The position numbers and the translations under genes are program-made. The notes beneath the pieces are model-generated. The model worked only from the letters and a program-made list of their open reading frames with translations. It ran no database searches and had not been told where the DNA came from. Positions 11,501-19,933 of a DNA stretch of 64,000 nt are shown in pieces. Each line of letters starts with the position of its first letter. Position 1 is the first letter of the stretch. The stretch is from Aliiglaciecola sp. (GTDB lineage: Bacteria > Pseudomonadota > Gammaproteobacteria > Enterobacterales > Alteromonadaceae), in the NCBI GenBank assembly GCA_028356795.1, contig JAOMVH010000002.1:4638-68637 (forward strand), in the 5' to 3' direction.

Positions 11501-14375
11501 AGAAATCTTTTAAGTTAGCAGGTGTCGACTCGTCATTACCTGATTGCCACGCGTTAGCGCCAAAGATCATCGGCTCCGAATTACCCGTTGTACCGGAAGT
11601 GAAATCGAGGTTTGTGTCTGATAACACACCATCGACATATAACCTCATTCCATTTGATCCCCACGTATAAACGAGGTGATGCCAGTTGTTGACGGATATT
11701 AAGGGGTCGGTGTTGATTTCACCATTTGAATTGGTGTTTTGATGGCGAACACGAATAGCGCCAGTTGGCTGCAACCAAATGGTTAAATGGCCGCCCGAAT
11801 CGTAACCACTTGAGTCACGAGAGTAGAGGCCTTGGCCACCTTGGCTTGAAGTGTCTGAATGACTGAGACTGGTGGCATTGAACCAAAAAGAAATGGCGCC
11901 ATTACCGGTCTCAAAGGCACTTACATTTGCAATATTGAGATGATCACCATCGCCATTAAAGTTACCAGACTGGCAAAATTTACCCGCTTCTAAAACAGTA
12001 ACGCCATCAACAGAAACACCATTGTAGCCATTTATAACATCAATGATTTCGTCACTATTGCTACTTAAACTGCACACATCAAGAGGCCAATGTGACTCCA
12101 ACACATCCGTGTTGGGACAAGCGCTACAAGCATCATCAGTTAAATCAAAAAGGTCATCAACTTCGGTTTGACCCAGTTGGCTCTGATACAAACGAATATC
12201 GTCAACTTTACCCATAAAGTGATCATACAAATCTGCTGGAGCAGATTCTTGATTACCACTTCGCCATGCGCCTGAACCAACAACAATGGGTTCGTTATTA
12301 CCGTTCAAACCACCACGATAATTTTGTGTAGCCACACGCTGTTTATCTAAGTAGATTTCCATCCCTTGGGAGCCAAAAGTATAAACTAAGTGGTGCCATG
12401 TATTTTCGCTGACCAGGTTACTAGTGGATTGCGCGTAATAACTACTGCTATTTGATTGGTGTCTAGCGTTTAGACTGCCATCTTGGCTCACATAAATAGT
12501 TAAGTGGCCACCACTGTCAAAACCGCTAGAATCTTTCGAAAATAGTACCAAGGCATCCCGAGTGGAATCATTTTCATGGGCCAGATCATCGACCTGAAAC
12601 CACATTGACACGCTGCCATCAGCAATCTCATATTCACTACTATGTGGAATGTTAAGATGTTGCCCATTGCCTGCAAATGCGCCAGCTTGGCAAAGTTGAC
12701 CACTTGTATTAATGCTCGCACCATCAACGGCAACGCCGTTAACACCCGCTATCACATCAACCACTTCGCCGCTGTCGCCATTGAACGCACACACATTCAT
12801 TGGCCAATGCCCTAACAACTGAATATCGAGTGATCCGCAATCTGGTTCGCTACCAGCATTGCTAACAGCCTCAGAAGACGTCAACGCATAATTGTAAATT
12901 GCGAAGTTTTCAAATTCGCCATGGGCAGAGTTGCGGCTACTGTTGCTGACAAAATAATTGCTACGATTATCACCGACATAGAGTGTATCCATATCGCCCA
13001 AAGCGCCATTGAAACGCGAATTGGTCGCGGATTTAGAACCAGATGAACTGTCATTGTTTACGTATATTTTTATTCCATTGTTGGGTACGTCCCAAACGAT
13101 AGTAATGTAAACCCATTCATTGGCAACGTAGTTAAGCCCAGTTAATGATGTCCGCAAGTCGTAATCATCATCATCTTCAACACCAAACTGCAGCTCGCTA
13201 TCCTCAAGGGACAGATAAAAGTACTTGTCTTGTCGCGGTGCTTGATTAGACGCATCTAAAAGTTGACGGCCGGTGTTATCAGACCAATCAAGATCACTTC
13301 GATACCAAAAACTAATACTACCCACATCCCCAATGTCGTTTAAATCAATGCTTGTATCCACCGCATCCACGGTTGAACTACTGGTATTTGCTGGGACGCT
13401 AAGAATCTGACAACTGCCGCCAGAATAAGAAATCGGCGAGACACTGCCCAAAGGGCTGGCATCAAATCCATTGCCAGAGCTATCGATAACCGTACCAGAC
13501 CCATTCCAGCCGGTTTGATTAAACTGATAAAGTGCGCGTAGGCTTGAGGAAGCCTCAGTAGTACAGACATTCTCAAATTCATAAGTAGTAAATAAATCGT
13601 CGACATAGTTAATCATCGCATTACTGTTTAGCGTAACATTTTGTGCCGAGACTGAGCCTGTAAACACAGAACCGCTATTGAATGTCGCGGTTGCCAAAGA
13701 ATAGAGTATTCCTTCTCCTTGGGAGTCACTATTAAAATTAACGTATTGATAGGCAATGATATTGAGTACCGCCGTATCAGTTAATCCATTGATGACTCGG
13801 TTTCTATTAATGTTCAAGTTGCTAACGTACAGGTATACAGTTCCCGTTCCAACCGCGTTAATGCCAATATCATTGGCACTATCTGCAGCATTAATATTAA
13901 GGTACTGAATATAGTATGTACCGGGTTTTAAATCGATGGACGCGCCACTACTAATAGTCATCCCATTCATGTAATAGGTTGAGTAATTGCTAGAGAAACT
14001 GGTGATACCTGACTGAGCGTTAATGTAACCAAAAACATTGGTATTGCTTGTCCCTTCTCCTAGCACAGTGCCATAAGAATTAAAGGAATCACCTGAAAAG
14101 GACGGAAACTCACTGCTAATATCCAGCGCTTCAGAAGCAAAGCCAGAAACCGAACACTCAGCACTAACGCAGCTTGTTCCATTTTTAGCATTAATTTTAC
14201 CCGAGACAAAAGGCAATATCGTTGATGGCGCATTGGTGATCTGTGCACCATTGTTAATTGTTAATTCGCCAGTACTTGAAAAGCTCTGAACCCCATTGGG
14301 AAACACAGCATCACATTGTGCAGCACGTAAGTAAGGACTAATTAGGGTGAGTAACAAAATTAATATCAGGCGCAT
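8550..14375 (-). CDS. mshQ: MshQ-like pilus-associated adhesin: signal peptide, 4 LamG/concanavalin-like modules, C-terminal DUF6701-type region
   Basis: Last gene of the msh cluster; repeated SISFW...WHHLVYT...DDIRLY motifs; C-terminus RWGRLLIDNGFGPE...FGQFRGNDRIIHWRE. Confidence 0.85.
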   Translation of the reverse strand: MRLILILLLTLISPYLRAAQCDAVFPNGVQSFSSTGELTINNGAQITNAPSTILPFVSGKINAKNGTSCVSAECSVSGFASEALDISSEFPSFSGDSFNSYGTVLGEGTSNTNVFGYINAQSGITSFSSNYSTYYMNGMTISSGASIDLKPGTYYIQYLNINAADSANDIGINAVGTGTVYLYVSNLNINRNRVINGLTDTAVLNIIAYQYVNFNSDSQGEGILYSLATATFNSGSVFTGSVSAQNVTLNSNAMINYVDDLFTTYEFENVCTTEASSSLRALYQFNQTGWNGSGTVIDSSGNGFDASPLGSVSPISYSGGSCQILSVPANTSSSTVDAVDTSIDLNDIGDVGSISFWYRSDLDWSDNTGRQLLDASNQAPRQDKYFYLSLEDSELQFGVEDDDDYDLRTSLTGLNYVANEWVYITIVWDVPNNGIKIYVNNDSSSGSKSATNSRFNGALGDMDTLYVGDNRSNYFVSNSSRNSAHGEFENFAIYNYALTSSEAVSNAGSEPDCGSLDIQLLGHWPMNVCAFNGDSGEVVDVIAGVNGVAVDGASINTSGQLCQAGAFAGNGQHLNIPHSSEYEIADGSVSMWFQVDDLAHENDSTRDALVLFSKDSSGFDSGGHLTIYVSQDGSLNARHQSNSSSYYAQSTSNLVSENTWHHLVYTFGSQGMEIYLDKQRVATQNYRGGLNGNNEPIVVGSGAWRSGNQESAPADLYDHFMGKVDDIRLYQSQLGQTEVDDLFDLTDDACSACPNTDVLESHWPLDVCSLSSNSDEIIDVINGYNGVSVDGVTVLEAGKFCQSGNFNGDGDHLNIANVSAFETGNGAISFWFNATSLSHSDTSSQGGQGLYSRDSSGYDSGGHLTIWLQPTGAIRVRHQNTNSNGEINTDPLISVNNWHHLVYTWGSNGMRLYVDGVLSDTNLDFTSGTTGNSEPMIFGANAWQSGNDESTPANLKDFFKGQMDEIKFYSNQIDSSLVTELYGQSQYDCTQCDSDELVAQYQFEQDSWLGSNAVLDNSINTNHASHLGLALPINPSEQKACKAMEVPASASVNGEYNGIDTNVDVNTLGNKGSISFWYRSNEAWNSGNARQLFDASTDLGDLGQSKYFYLAITGTGRLDFNMEDDRDNNFGASTSLNLSFAADVWKHVAVSWDLQTQHIAIYIDGVTQSLTNNSDNNLTTALGDLDTLYIGDNRSDYLVVTSTQHSANGEFDDVRIYNYVQDNNEVITDRDSLTTCSFVYQYLIEHDGSALTCEAESVTISACANESCTELYDQDVTVDMSPNSGWTDGSTVTIVANTPTSVSFSQLDAGTVTLAVLNENTKCEGTSGDSCNMVFNDAGFQFIGATTTDVFANQLAQSNFSGAQLRAVKTDINDGIGVCVAALEGTQTVSFGMSCDDPGSCVTNIETGSGHIVAGSTSNVPLVFDANGIASLSDFSYSDAGQISLSVESDIDGAGVATGSTQFVVIPDRLSLTTSATSTFARAGESVEINLSALGSQGAVLPNYQPGNLQLAVNRLLPIGGGAVDGVLTYAQSDTLAVAETASFYDSGINQTKANVSVSSGTYTFEAHYNEYGQISMDVKDASFFGNIITSATAGGNSPVTLGLFIPAYFDVQQNTPELASACNVTSGFTYLGQPTSFAMPVQLAVTAKNSAGQTMQNYQDDSVWTWLESAQVSDIQLSDSNVNGTVSFHASPDIEVVENPFLGSRTLTLVGGQVLYSKSSSPYAAFASSLNVDFLPSFVTNNSYAGEPICYHQSYDTNNPDDCDTQSALADLDDTNNLVSISGVGGTQYRWGRLLIDNGFGPETDDLLLAVTTEYFDGNNFIKNTDDSCTTQNFGGSDFVITDSNQATTAAIRVLNSSFGITSGETLGFEGIKIRNQDSSTVGEYRIELQPISDSTITWDDHIQYDWNGDDSGIGNPSALISFGQFRGNDRIIHWREVGN

Positions 14376-14377
14376 AA

Positions 14378-14812
14378 TTAGTCCAAAATCGCATCAACTG
14401 CGACGGTCCGGCTAGCAGTCACTTTACCTTGGCTGCACAGACCTGTACTTTCAAAGCGGAAGTAACTAACCGTTTCGTCCTCAAACCCAGTGATTAAGGT
14501 ACAGCTAGTGAATGCCGAGCAATTTTCTAAACCTTGGGTGTTAGTGAACAGAAAACTAGACGCACTGCAAACGCTGGCGCCATCTTGTGTGGCAGGAAAT
14601 GCCCTCTGAATACTTATCTCTAGTGACGACTGCGCGGCATTTAGCGCTCTTACCCCATAAACCTCATGAATCACCGCGTCAGCAGAGGCACTAAGCAAAC
14701 GCACCATGCTCAATCCCAATAACGCCATGATAATGATCACAAACAAGGCGATGACTAGCATGCTACCTCGCTGCCCTTTCAATGGTATATTTTGGATCCG
14801 ATCAAGGCGCAT
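14378..14812 (-). CDS. mshP: MSHA minor pilin MshP (PilX-like)
   Basis: QRG|SMLVIALFVII prepilin site lacking Glu5; position after mshO. Confidence 0.85.
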   Translation of the reverse strand: MRLDRIQNIPLKGQRGSMLVIALFVIIIMALLGLSMVRLLSASADAVIHEVYGVRALNAAQSSLEISIQRAFPATQDGASVCSASSFLFTNTQGLENCSAFTSCTLITGFEDETVSYFRFESTGLCSQGKVTASRTVAVDAILD

Positions 14813-15626
14813 TGGGAATATGCACCTCATTGTTAAACACCACTAGCTCGTCATTTAACTCAAAGCGAAACAAGGTTAGCACAAATGCATTACGAGTTAG
14901 GGTAGCTTCTGCAATCCTAAATGGTTTATCTTGCTCCTCACCGCCAAGATCATTTTGTACATTTTCAGCCATCAAAACACCGCCGCTCAACGAGGTATTC
15001 TGGGTACTGTTAAATCCATATCCGGTATATCGATAAACTGCTCTTGCCGTTACACAATAGCTCACGGGCGTATCTATGACATAAGCTCGAGAGCTGGGTG
15101 AATCGGCGGCAAATAAGCTGTCTGAAAGCAGAGTTAAAATCAATTTTTTATTGTCATCAGGGTCAAGTGAAGGTGCACTGTCAAGTGCAAAACGCTTATT
15201 GGTCGAACCATAAACATCATTTACTGAGGTGGGATAAACAACCACCGAATGATTGGCTGAATATAGGTAATTAGAGCCACTGGCGGTTGTATCAATCACC
15301 TTAAACGAATCTGCAGGGTCTTCTGGTGAAACCGGAATATCAAAGTAAAAACTACTGAACAAAACCGGCACAAATTCAATACATTGAATAGATGAATTGC
15401 CACTAGCCCGCAAGCTGTTGGGTAGCGCGTTACTCAACTCGCGGTTGAGTCTTTCAACAACAAACCGCCCTTCACTCAACAACTGATCACGCTCGACAAC
15501 ATCGACGTATATTTCAGTTCCTGTGCGAATAAAACCCGCGATCCCCACCGATACTACGCCGAGCACTACCAGCACGGTCACCAACTCGATGAGCGTAAAG
15601 CCCTTTTGATTCGAAGGAGCAATCAC
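14802..15626 (-). CDS. mshO: MSHA minor pilin MshO
   Basis: KG|FTLIEL; ERLNRELSNALPNS; C-terminal VHIPNAP. Confidence 0.9.
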   Translation of the reverse strand: MIAPSNQKGFTLIELVTVLVVLGVVSVGIAGFIRTGTEIYVDVVERDQLLSEGRFVVERLNRELSNALPNSLRASGNSSIQCIEFVPVLFSSFYFDIPVSPEDPADSFKVIDTTASGSNYLYSANHSVVVYPTSVNDVYGSTNKRFALDSAPSLDPDDNKKLILTLLSDSLFAADSPSSRAYVIDTPVSYCVTARAVYRYTGYGFNSTQNTSLSGGVLMAENVQNDLGGEEQDKPFRIAEATLTRNAFVLTLFRFELNDELVVFNNEVHIPNAP

Positions 15627-16237
15627 TAGTAGTTGCTCCTATAAGTGGAAAACACCAGAGTCTCTTGACCCGGAGTCGTTACCTTAATACTAATTAGCTT
15701 TGTGCGCTGGTCGTTATCAGCCACTCCGTCAGTGTTGCCGTCATAAACAACGCGAATTGTATAACTAAACCCTTGATATAGATTTTGACCAGCGACTTGC
15801 AACACCTCCCCTAAGGAGTTTCTGATTTGTCCGGCGCTCTGGGTTAAACCATTATAATCATCAACATCATCGAAGTTGGAAGCAGTTGCATCCCGGCTTT
15901 CCCCTGCGTCTGGCCCTAAATTTCCAGCAGGGGTGCAACTTGACTCTCCATTGTCGTCAAAATCACCATCATCATTTAAATCATCGTTACAACGAATGCT
16001 GCCAATTCCGTTTTCATCATAAGACTTAGCAGCAATTTCACGTAACAAGGTCGCGGCTAGCTCGGTTGCCCTCACCTGCATAATGGGATCAACACTTCGA
16101 CCTGCCTGGGGAAAAATCAGTGTGGTGACTAAGGTTAATGCAACGGCAAAAACCACCATACCGATAATCAATTCTATCAGTGTAAAACCCCGTTGAGCCC
16201 AAGTACCTTGTGCAGTTTTTTGTTTAATCGCAGGCAT
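15626..16237 (-). CDS. mshD: MSHA minor pilin MshD
   Basis: RG|FTLIEL; FDDVDDYNG; C-terminal YRSNY; start moved to ATG 16237. Confidence 0.88.
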   Translation of the reverse strand: MPAIKQKTAQGTWAQRGFTLIELIIGMVVFAVALTLVTTLIFPQAGRSVDPIMQVRATELAATLLREIAAKSYDENGIGSIRCNDDLNDDGDFDDNGESSCTPAGNLGPDAGESRDATASNFDDVDDYNGLTQSAGQIRNSLGEVLQVAGQNLYQGFSYTIRVVYDGNTDGVADNDQRTKLISIKVTTPGQETLVFSTYRSNY

Positions 16238-16757
16238 GAATATACCCCTGTGATTCAACACAAACTGCCACAGTTGTTTCACCCTGAATCTCTACGCGAG
16301 TATTCGCGGCACAAAAACCTAAACCAATATTAGGGCAGCCCATACTATTGAAGGCAATGGTCCCTGCCCCCGCCGTTATACTAACGCCATCGTCATTCAT
16401 TTCGTCTATATCGGCGACTAAATATTGGCTGTCTTCACTACTATCAATAGTCGTTGCACAGGTTAATGACGAATTAACTACTGTATAGCGCAGTGTGGGG
16501 GGACCAAAGGATGAACTACTGCCAGAATAGACATTGACTTGAAAACAGAAATTATCGCGCGTGTCATTCATGGCACGTTGTTGCATGGTTCGTAAGGATG
16601 ATATCAATCTTGATTGGTAGGTATATTCCACCGCGCTGCCAGTAGATTGGAAACGCGGTGCAATTGCTACGGCGAGAACACCGAGAAGCGCCATCACCAC
16701 AATAAGCTCCAACAATGTGAAGCCTCTTGGGTATCTAATTTGCGATATATTCCTCAC
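16224..16757 (-). CDS. mshC: MSHA minor pilin MshC
   Basis: RG|FTLLEL; LRTMQQRAM; C-terminal VESQGYIH. Confidence 0.88.
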   Translation of the reverse strand: MRNISQIRYPRGFTLLELIVVMALLGVLAVAIAPRFQSTGSAVEYTYQSRLISSLRTMQQRAMNDTRDNFCFQVNVYSGSSSSFGPPTLRYTVVNSSLTCATTIDSSEDSQYLVADIDEMNDDGVSITAGAGTIAFNSMGCPNIGLGFCAANTRVEIQGETTVAVCVESQGYIHACD

Positions 16758-16768
16758 CGTTTATCATT

Positions 16769-16795
16769 AAGAAACCAGTGATGAGTTGGTTTCTT
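16769..16795 (-). other. Intergenic stem-loop 3' of mshA
   Basis: AAGAAACCA (16769-16777) / TGGTTTCTT (16787-16795), 9-bp perfect inverted repeat, no long U tract. Confidence 0.55.
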
Positions 16796-16799
16796 GTGC

Positions 16800-17345
16800 T
16801 TAACAGTCGTCAGAAACTACCGTAACCTGCGGCGCAGTGTTGGCGTCGGCAGCGTTTGAATATAGTACATAGCAACGACCAATGGTTGCAGTTGGTCTAA
16901 AGTCAGTTGTACCACCTAACGGAGATATCGCGAACGTATCAGCAGCTGGAGAGCCTGCAGCTGCACCGCCTGTTCCTCGTGTTAAGTCGAAGTCATTGGT
17001 AAAGTCAACTTGTACCCAATTGGTAACGGCATCTGCGCCAGCCGTATCAACCACATAGGCACTATCCGGGTAACCATATGATGTAGATACGCTGTTGCCA
17101 CTTACCGTTACTGAAACAACACCCTGTCCAGCACCAACTGTGGCTTGATCACCGGCAATAGCTGATTTGGCATAAACAAGTTGAGCACCACTTTGTAATG
17201 CTGCTTTCACGCCTTGCAAGGTAGATGCGGTGGCATCACTACTTAAGTTAATAAATCTTGGGGCTGCCGTCACAGCCAAAATGCCTAATATTACGATCAC
17301 AATGATCAGCTCAATCAGGGTAAATCCGCGTTGTTGATTTTGCAT
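16800..17345 (-). CDS. mshA: MSHA major pilin MshA
   Basis: MQNQQRG|[27 protein letters not shown]; YGYP; C-terminal Cys pair; GAGG RBS before ATG 17345. Confidence 0.9.
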   Translation of the reverse strand: MQNQQRGFTLIELIIVIVILGILAVTAAPRFINLSSDATASTLQGVKAALQSGAQLVYAKSAIAGDQATVGAGQGVVSVTVSGNSVSTSYGYPDSAYVVDTAGADAVTNWVQVDFTNDFDLTRGTGGAAAGSPAADTFAISPLGGTTDFRPTATIGRCYVLYSNAADANTAPQVTVVSDDC

Positions 17346-17479
17346 GTTTCTATCCTCGGTTAACAATGTATATAATGTATAAAAAACGTTAAAATTGAAA
17401 TAGTTAAGCCAAAATGAAAGGTATGTTTTTTCATACCTTATTATAGTTTTTATCTACTATTTCCTGGCTCATTTATGTA

Positions 17480-18079
17480 TTAGTTGTTGCTAAACACGAT
17501 CACTTGGCCAATTCTTGGATCATAAATAAAACCATTGCCATCATTTCTATCGGTTGGTTCAACCGTTTGGTTTTTAATTGTTTGCGTCAGGTAATAAAAG
17601 CATAAATCGTTGCCTCCCGAGCCCGTACCCTCGCTAGAGTTTGTAAAATAGCGAAAGTCTTCAAAAGGACGTTGTTCCCAATTTGACGATATAGTGGGTG
17701 CACTTTGCATAATTAAATTGAACACACTTTCACAATCTAGGTCGTTTATGCTGTCATCCTCACTGCTTGAATCGTTGCTCAACTGACCAGTGGGATAACC
17801 CGAATCCATATCAATACCCACTTGCACACCATCAATCACAACGGACGTACTGTTAGTGCCGAAGTTTTCTTCGGGTCGACCTTCAAGCTCCCACGCCGCT
17901 CGCACTAGTCCTACACCGGTAGCAAATCCACCAGCAACACCCTCAACTGTGGCATCTTCAGCATCTTTGGTAATGTCCAACATTCGTGGTAACGCAGTGG
18001 CCGCTAGCAAACCAAGCACAATAACCACTACAACTAACTCAATAAGCGTAAAGCCCTGTTGTCTATTTGTTGCAGTCAC
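17480..18079 (-). CDS. mshB: MSHA pilin MshB
   Basis: QG|FTLIELVVV; GVAGGFATGV; GTG 18079 preceded by GAGGAG. Confidence 0.88.
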   Translation of the reverse strand: MTATNRQQGFTLIELVVVVIVLGLLAATALPRMLDITKDAEDATVEGVAGGFATGVGLVRAAWELEGRPEENFGTNSTSVVIDGVQVGIDMDSGYPTGQLSNDSSSEDDSINDLDCESVFNLIMQSAPTISSNWEQRPFEDFRYFTNSSEGTGSGGNDLCFYYLTQTIKNQTVEPTDRNDGNGFIYDPRIGQVIVFSNN

Positions 18080-18154
18080 TTTCTTCTCCTCATGACATGA
18101 ACTTGAGTAAATACATTCATTATTCATCTTTTTATTATTTCCCTTCATAATCGC

Positions 18155-18685
18155 TCACTTTGTTAATGTACTGACTCGCCCATTAGCAATTTGGTATTCA
18201 AAACTGGGGCCAACAGATAATCGATAACGACACTTCGCATCATTAATCGCATCCTCATCATCGGTATCAACAAAATACTGTGCAAATACCTTAAAACCGT
18301 CAATTCTTAGCGGCATATTTAAAATCATTTGCCAAATTTTGGCACAGCCTTCACTGCTATTTTCAGCGGTAGGGTAACCATTTAGGCTCATTTTTATTGG
18401 CCTGCGATCTTTCTCTATCGGCATGTCATTTTCATCTGGTCTTGATTCATAGTGAACTAACATGACCATTCCGGGGCGACCTTCGGCCTGCCATTGCCAA
18501 TGACTATTGGTGACACTTTGAGAAAAGCGCTGCTGCAAATTCTCCATGGCAATATATTTAACGTCTGGCTCACTATTGTTGAAATACATCACAAAGCTGG
18601 CCATTAGCACAACAAACACAAGCACAACGATAATTTTACCAAAAAATGTACGCGCTTTTTCTTGTCCCGCTTCTTGTCTATTCAA
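18155..18685 (-). CDS. mshF: MshF
   Basis: Between mshG and mshB; HWQWQAEGRP, GYP, CAKIWQ. Confidence 0.8.
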   Translation of the reverse strand: MNRQEAGQEKARTFFGKIIVVLVFVVLMASFVMYFNNSEPDVKYIAMENLQQRFSQSVTNSHWQWQAEGRPGMVMLVHYESRPDENDMPIEKDRRPIKMSLNGYPTAENSSEGCAKIWQMILNMPLRIDGFKVFAQYFVDTDDEDAINDAKCRYRLSVGPSFEYQIANGRVSTLTK

Positions 18686-18703
18686 GTTATTTCACCTTGT
18701 CGA

Positions 18704-19933
18704 TTAATTGCCTTTGTATGCACCCATCATCTCCCACATTGGTGTAAAGATACCCAGAGCCAAAATTAACACCATCACCGCAACAATAACGATTAGTACC
18801 GGTTCAATTTTTGACGTTAAGCTCTTTAAATCATAGTCCACCTCACGTTCATAGTAATCTGCCACCTCACCAAGTAACTCATCGACGCGCCCCGTTTCTT
18901 CACCAACGGTAATCATTTGCATAACCAAGGGAGTAAAAAGTTGGCTGGAATGCGCTACGCGAGACAAGCTCTCACCCTTTTCAATACTTCGTCGCATATT
19001 GATTATTCGCTCAGCCATAAATCGATTATCAACAGCATCCGCCACAAGGTTTAGTGCAGCAGTTAGTGGTACCCCAGAAACCAGCATCATCGAAAAGCTT
19101 CGAGCAAAACGACCAAGCAAGGTTCGCTCCAGCACACTGCCTATAATGGGCAGTGAGATTTTTCTCTTATCCCATTTGTAGCGGCCCACATCGGTTGCCA
19201 GATAACGCCTGATGACAAATATAAAGGCCCCAACACCTGCCAGCATTAGAGGCCACTTGGTCACAAACATATCTGACATTCCAAGCAGCACACGTGTCAT
19301 TAAGGGCAACTCTGCATCGAACTTTTCAAACATAGTGGCAAAGATTGGAATCACCCAAATATTCATTACCACCAACGCAGCCACCAGCGCAATAAGCACA
19401 AAAATAGGATATCGAGTTGCAGACTTAATTTGTTTTCGAGTTTCTTGCTCTCTGACCAAATAATCAGATAGTTGTAAAAATGCTTCGTCCAGCTTACCGG
19501 TGTTTTCGCCAACGTGAACCACTGAGACAAACAGTTGATTAAATATATGTGGATGTTGGTGTAACGCTGAAGAGAAAGTGCGACCTCGTTCTAGCTGATC
19601 AACCACGTCCCTCAAAGCCAATGCCATTCTTTTTGAGTTAGTTGTTTCTGCTAAGCCATTTACTGCCCGTAAAATAGGGATCCCCGATTTGCTCAGAGAA
19701 TACATCTGGCGAGCAAAAATCACCAAATCTTCCAAGCTCACTTTTGGCGTAAAAAAGTTAATCTCGTTTTTAGTTTCTTTATTACTTTGCTGCTCAGTGG
19801 CCTTGTAGATGTTCAACGGAGTCACATTTCGACCCGCCAAGGCTTTTGCCGCAGTAGACGCATCTATCGCCTCAATAAGACCACTGGTTAGCTCACCATT
19901 TGCGGCTCGACCTGTATAGTTAAACTGCGCCAT
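18704..19933 (-). CDS. mshG: MshG inner-membrane platform (GspF/PilC family)
   Basis: GENTGKLD, GEETGRVD, KIEPVLI. Confidence 0.94.
   Translation of the reverse strand: MAQFNYTGRAANGELTSGLIEAIDASTAAKALAGRNVTPLNIYKATEQQSNKETKNEINFFTPKVSLEDLVIFARQMYSLSKSGIPILRAVNGLAETTNSKRMALALRDVVDQLERGRTFSSALHQHPHIFNQLFVSVVHVGENTGKLDEAFLQLSDYLVREQETRKQIKSATRYPIFVLIALVAALVVMNIWVIPIFATMFEKFDAELPLMTRVLLGMSDMFVTKWPLMLAGVGAFIFVIRRYLATDVGRYKWDKRKISLPIIGSVLERTLLGRFARSFSMMLVSGVPLTAALNLVADAVDNRFMAERIINMRRSIEKGESLSRVAHSSQLFTPLVMQMITVGEETGRVDELLGEVADYYEREVDYDLKSLTSKIEPVLIVIVAVMVLILALGIFTPMWEMMGAYKGN

Noticed and set aside
8550-14375. MshQ repeats as a diversity-generating retroelement or phase-variation target
   Set aside because: Repeats are old protein-level duplications; no near-identical template/variable DNA pair, reverse transcriptase or invertase seen.
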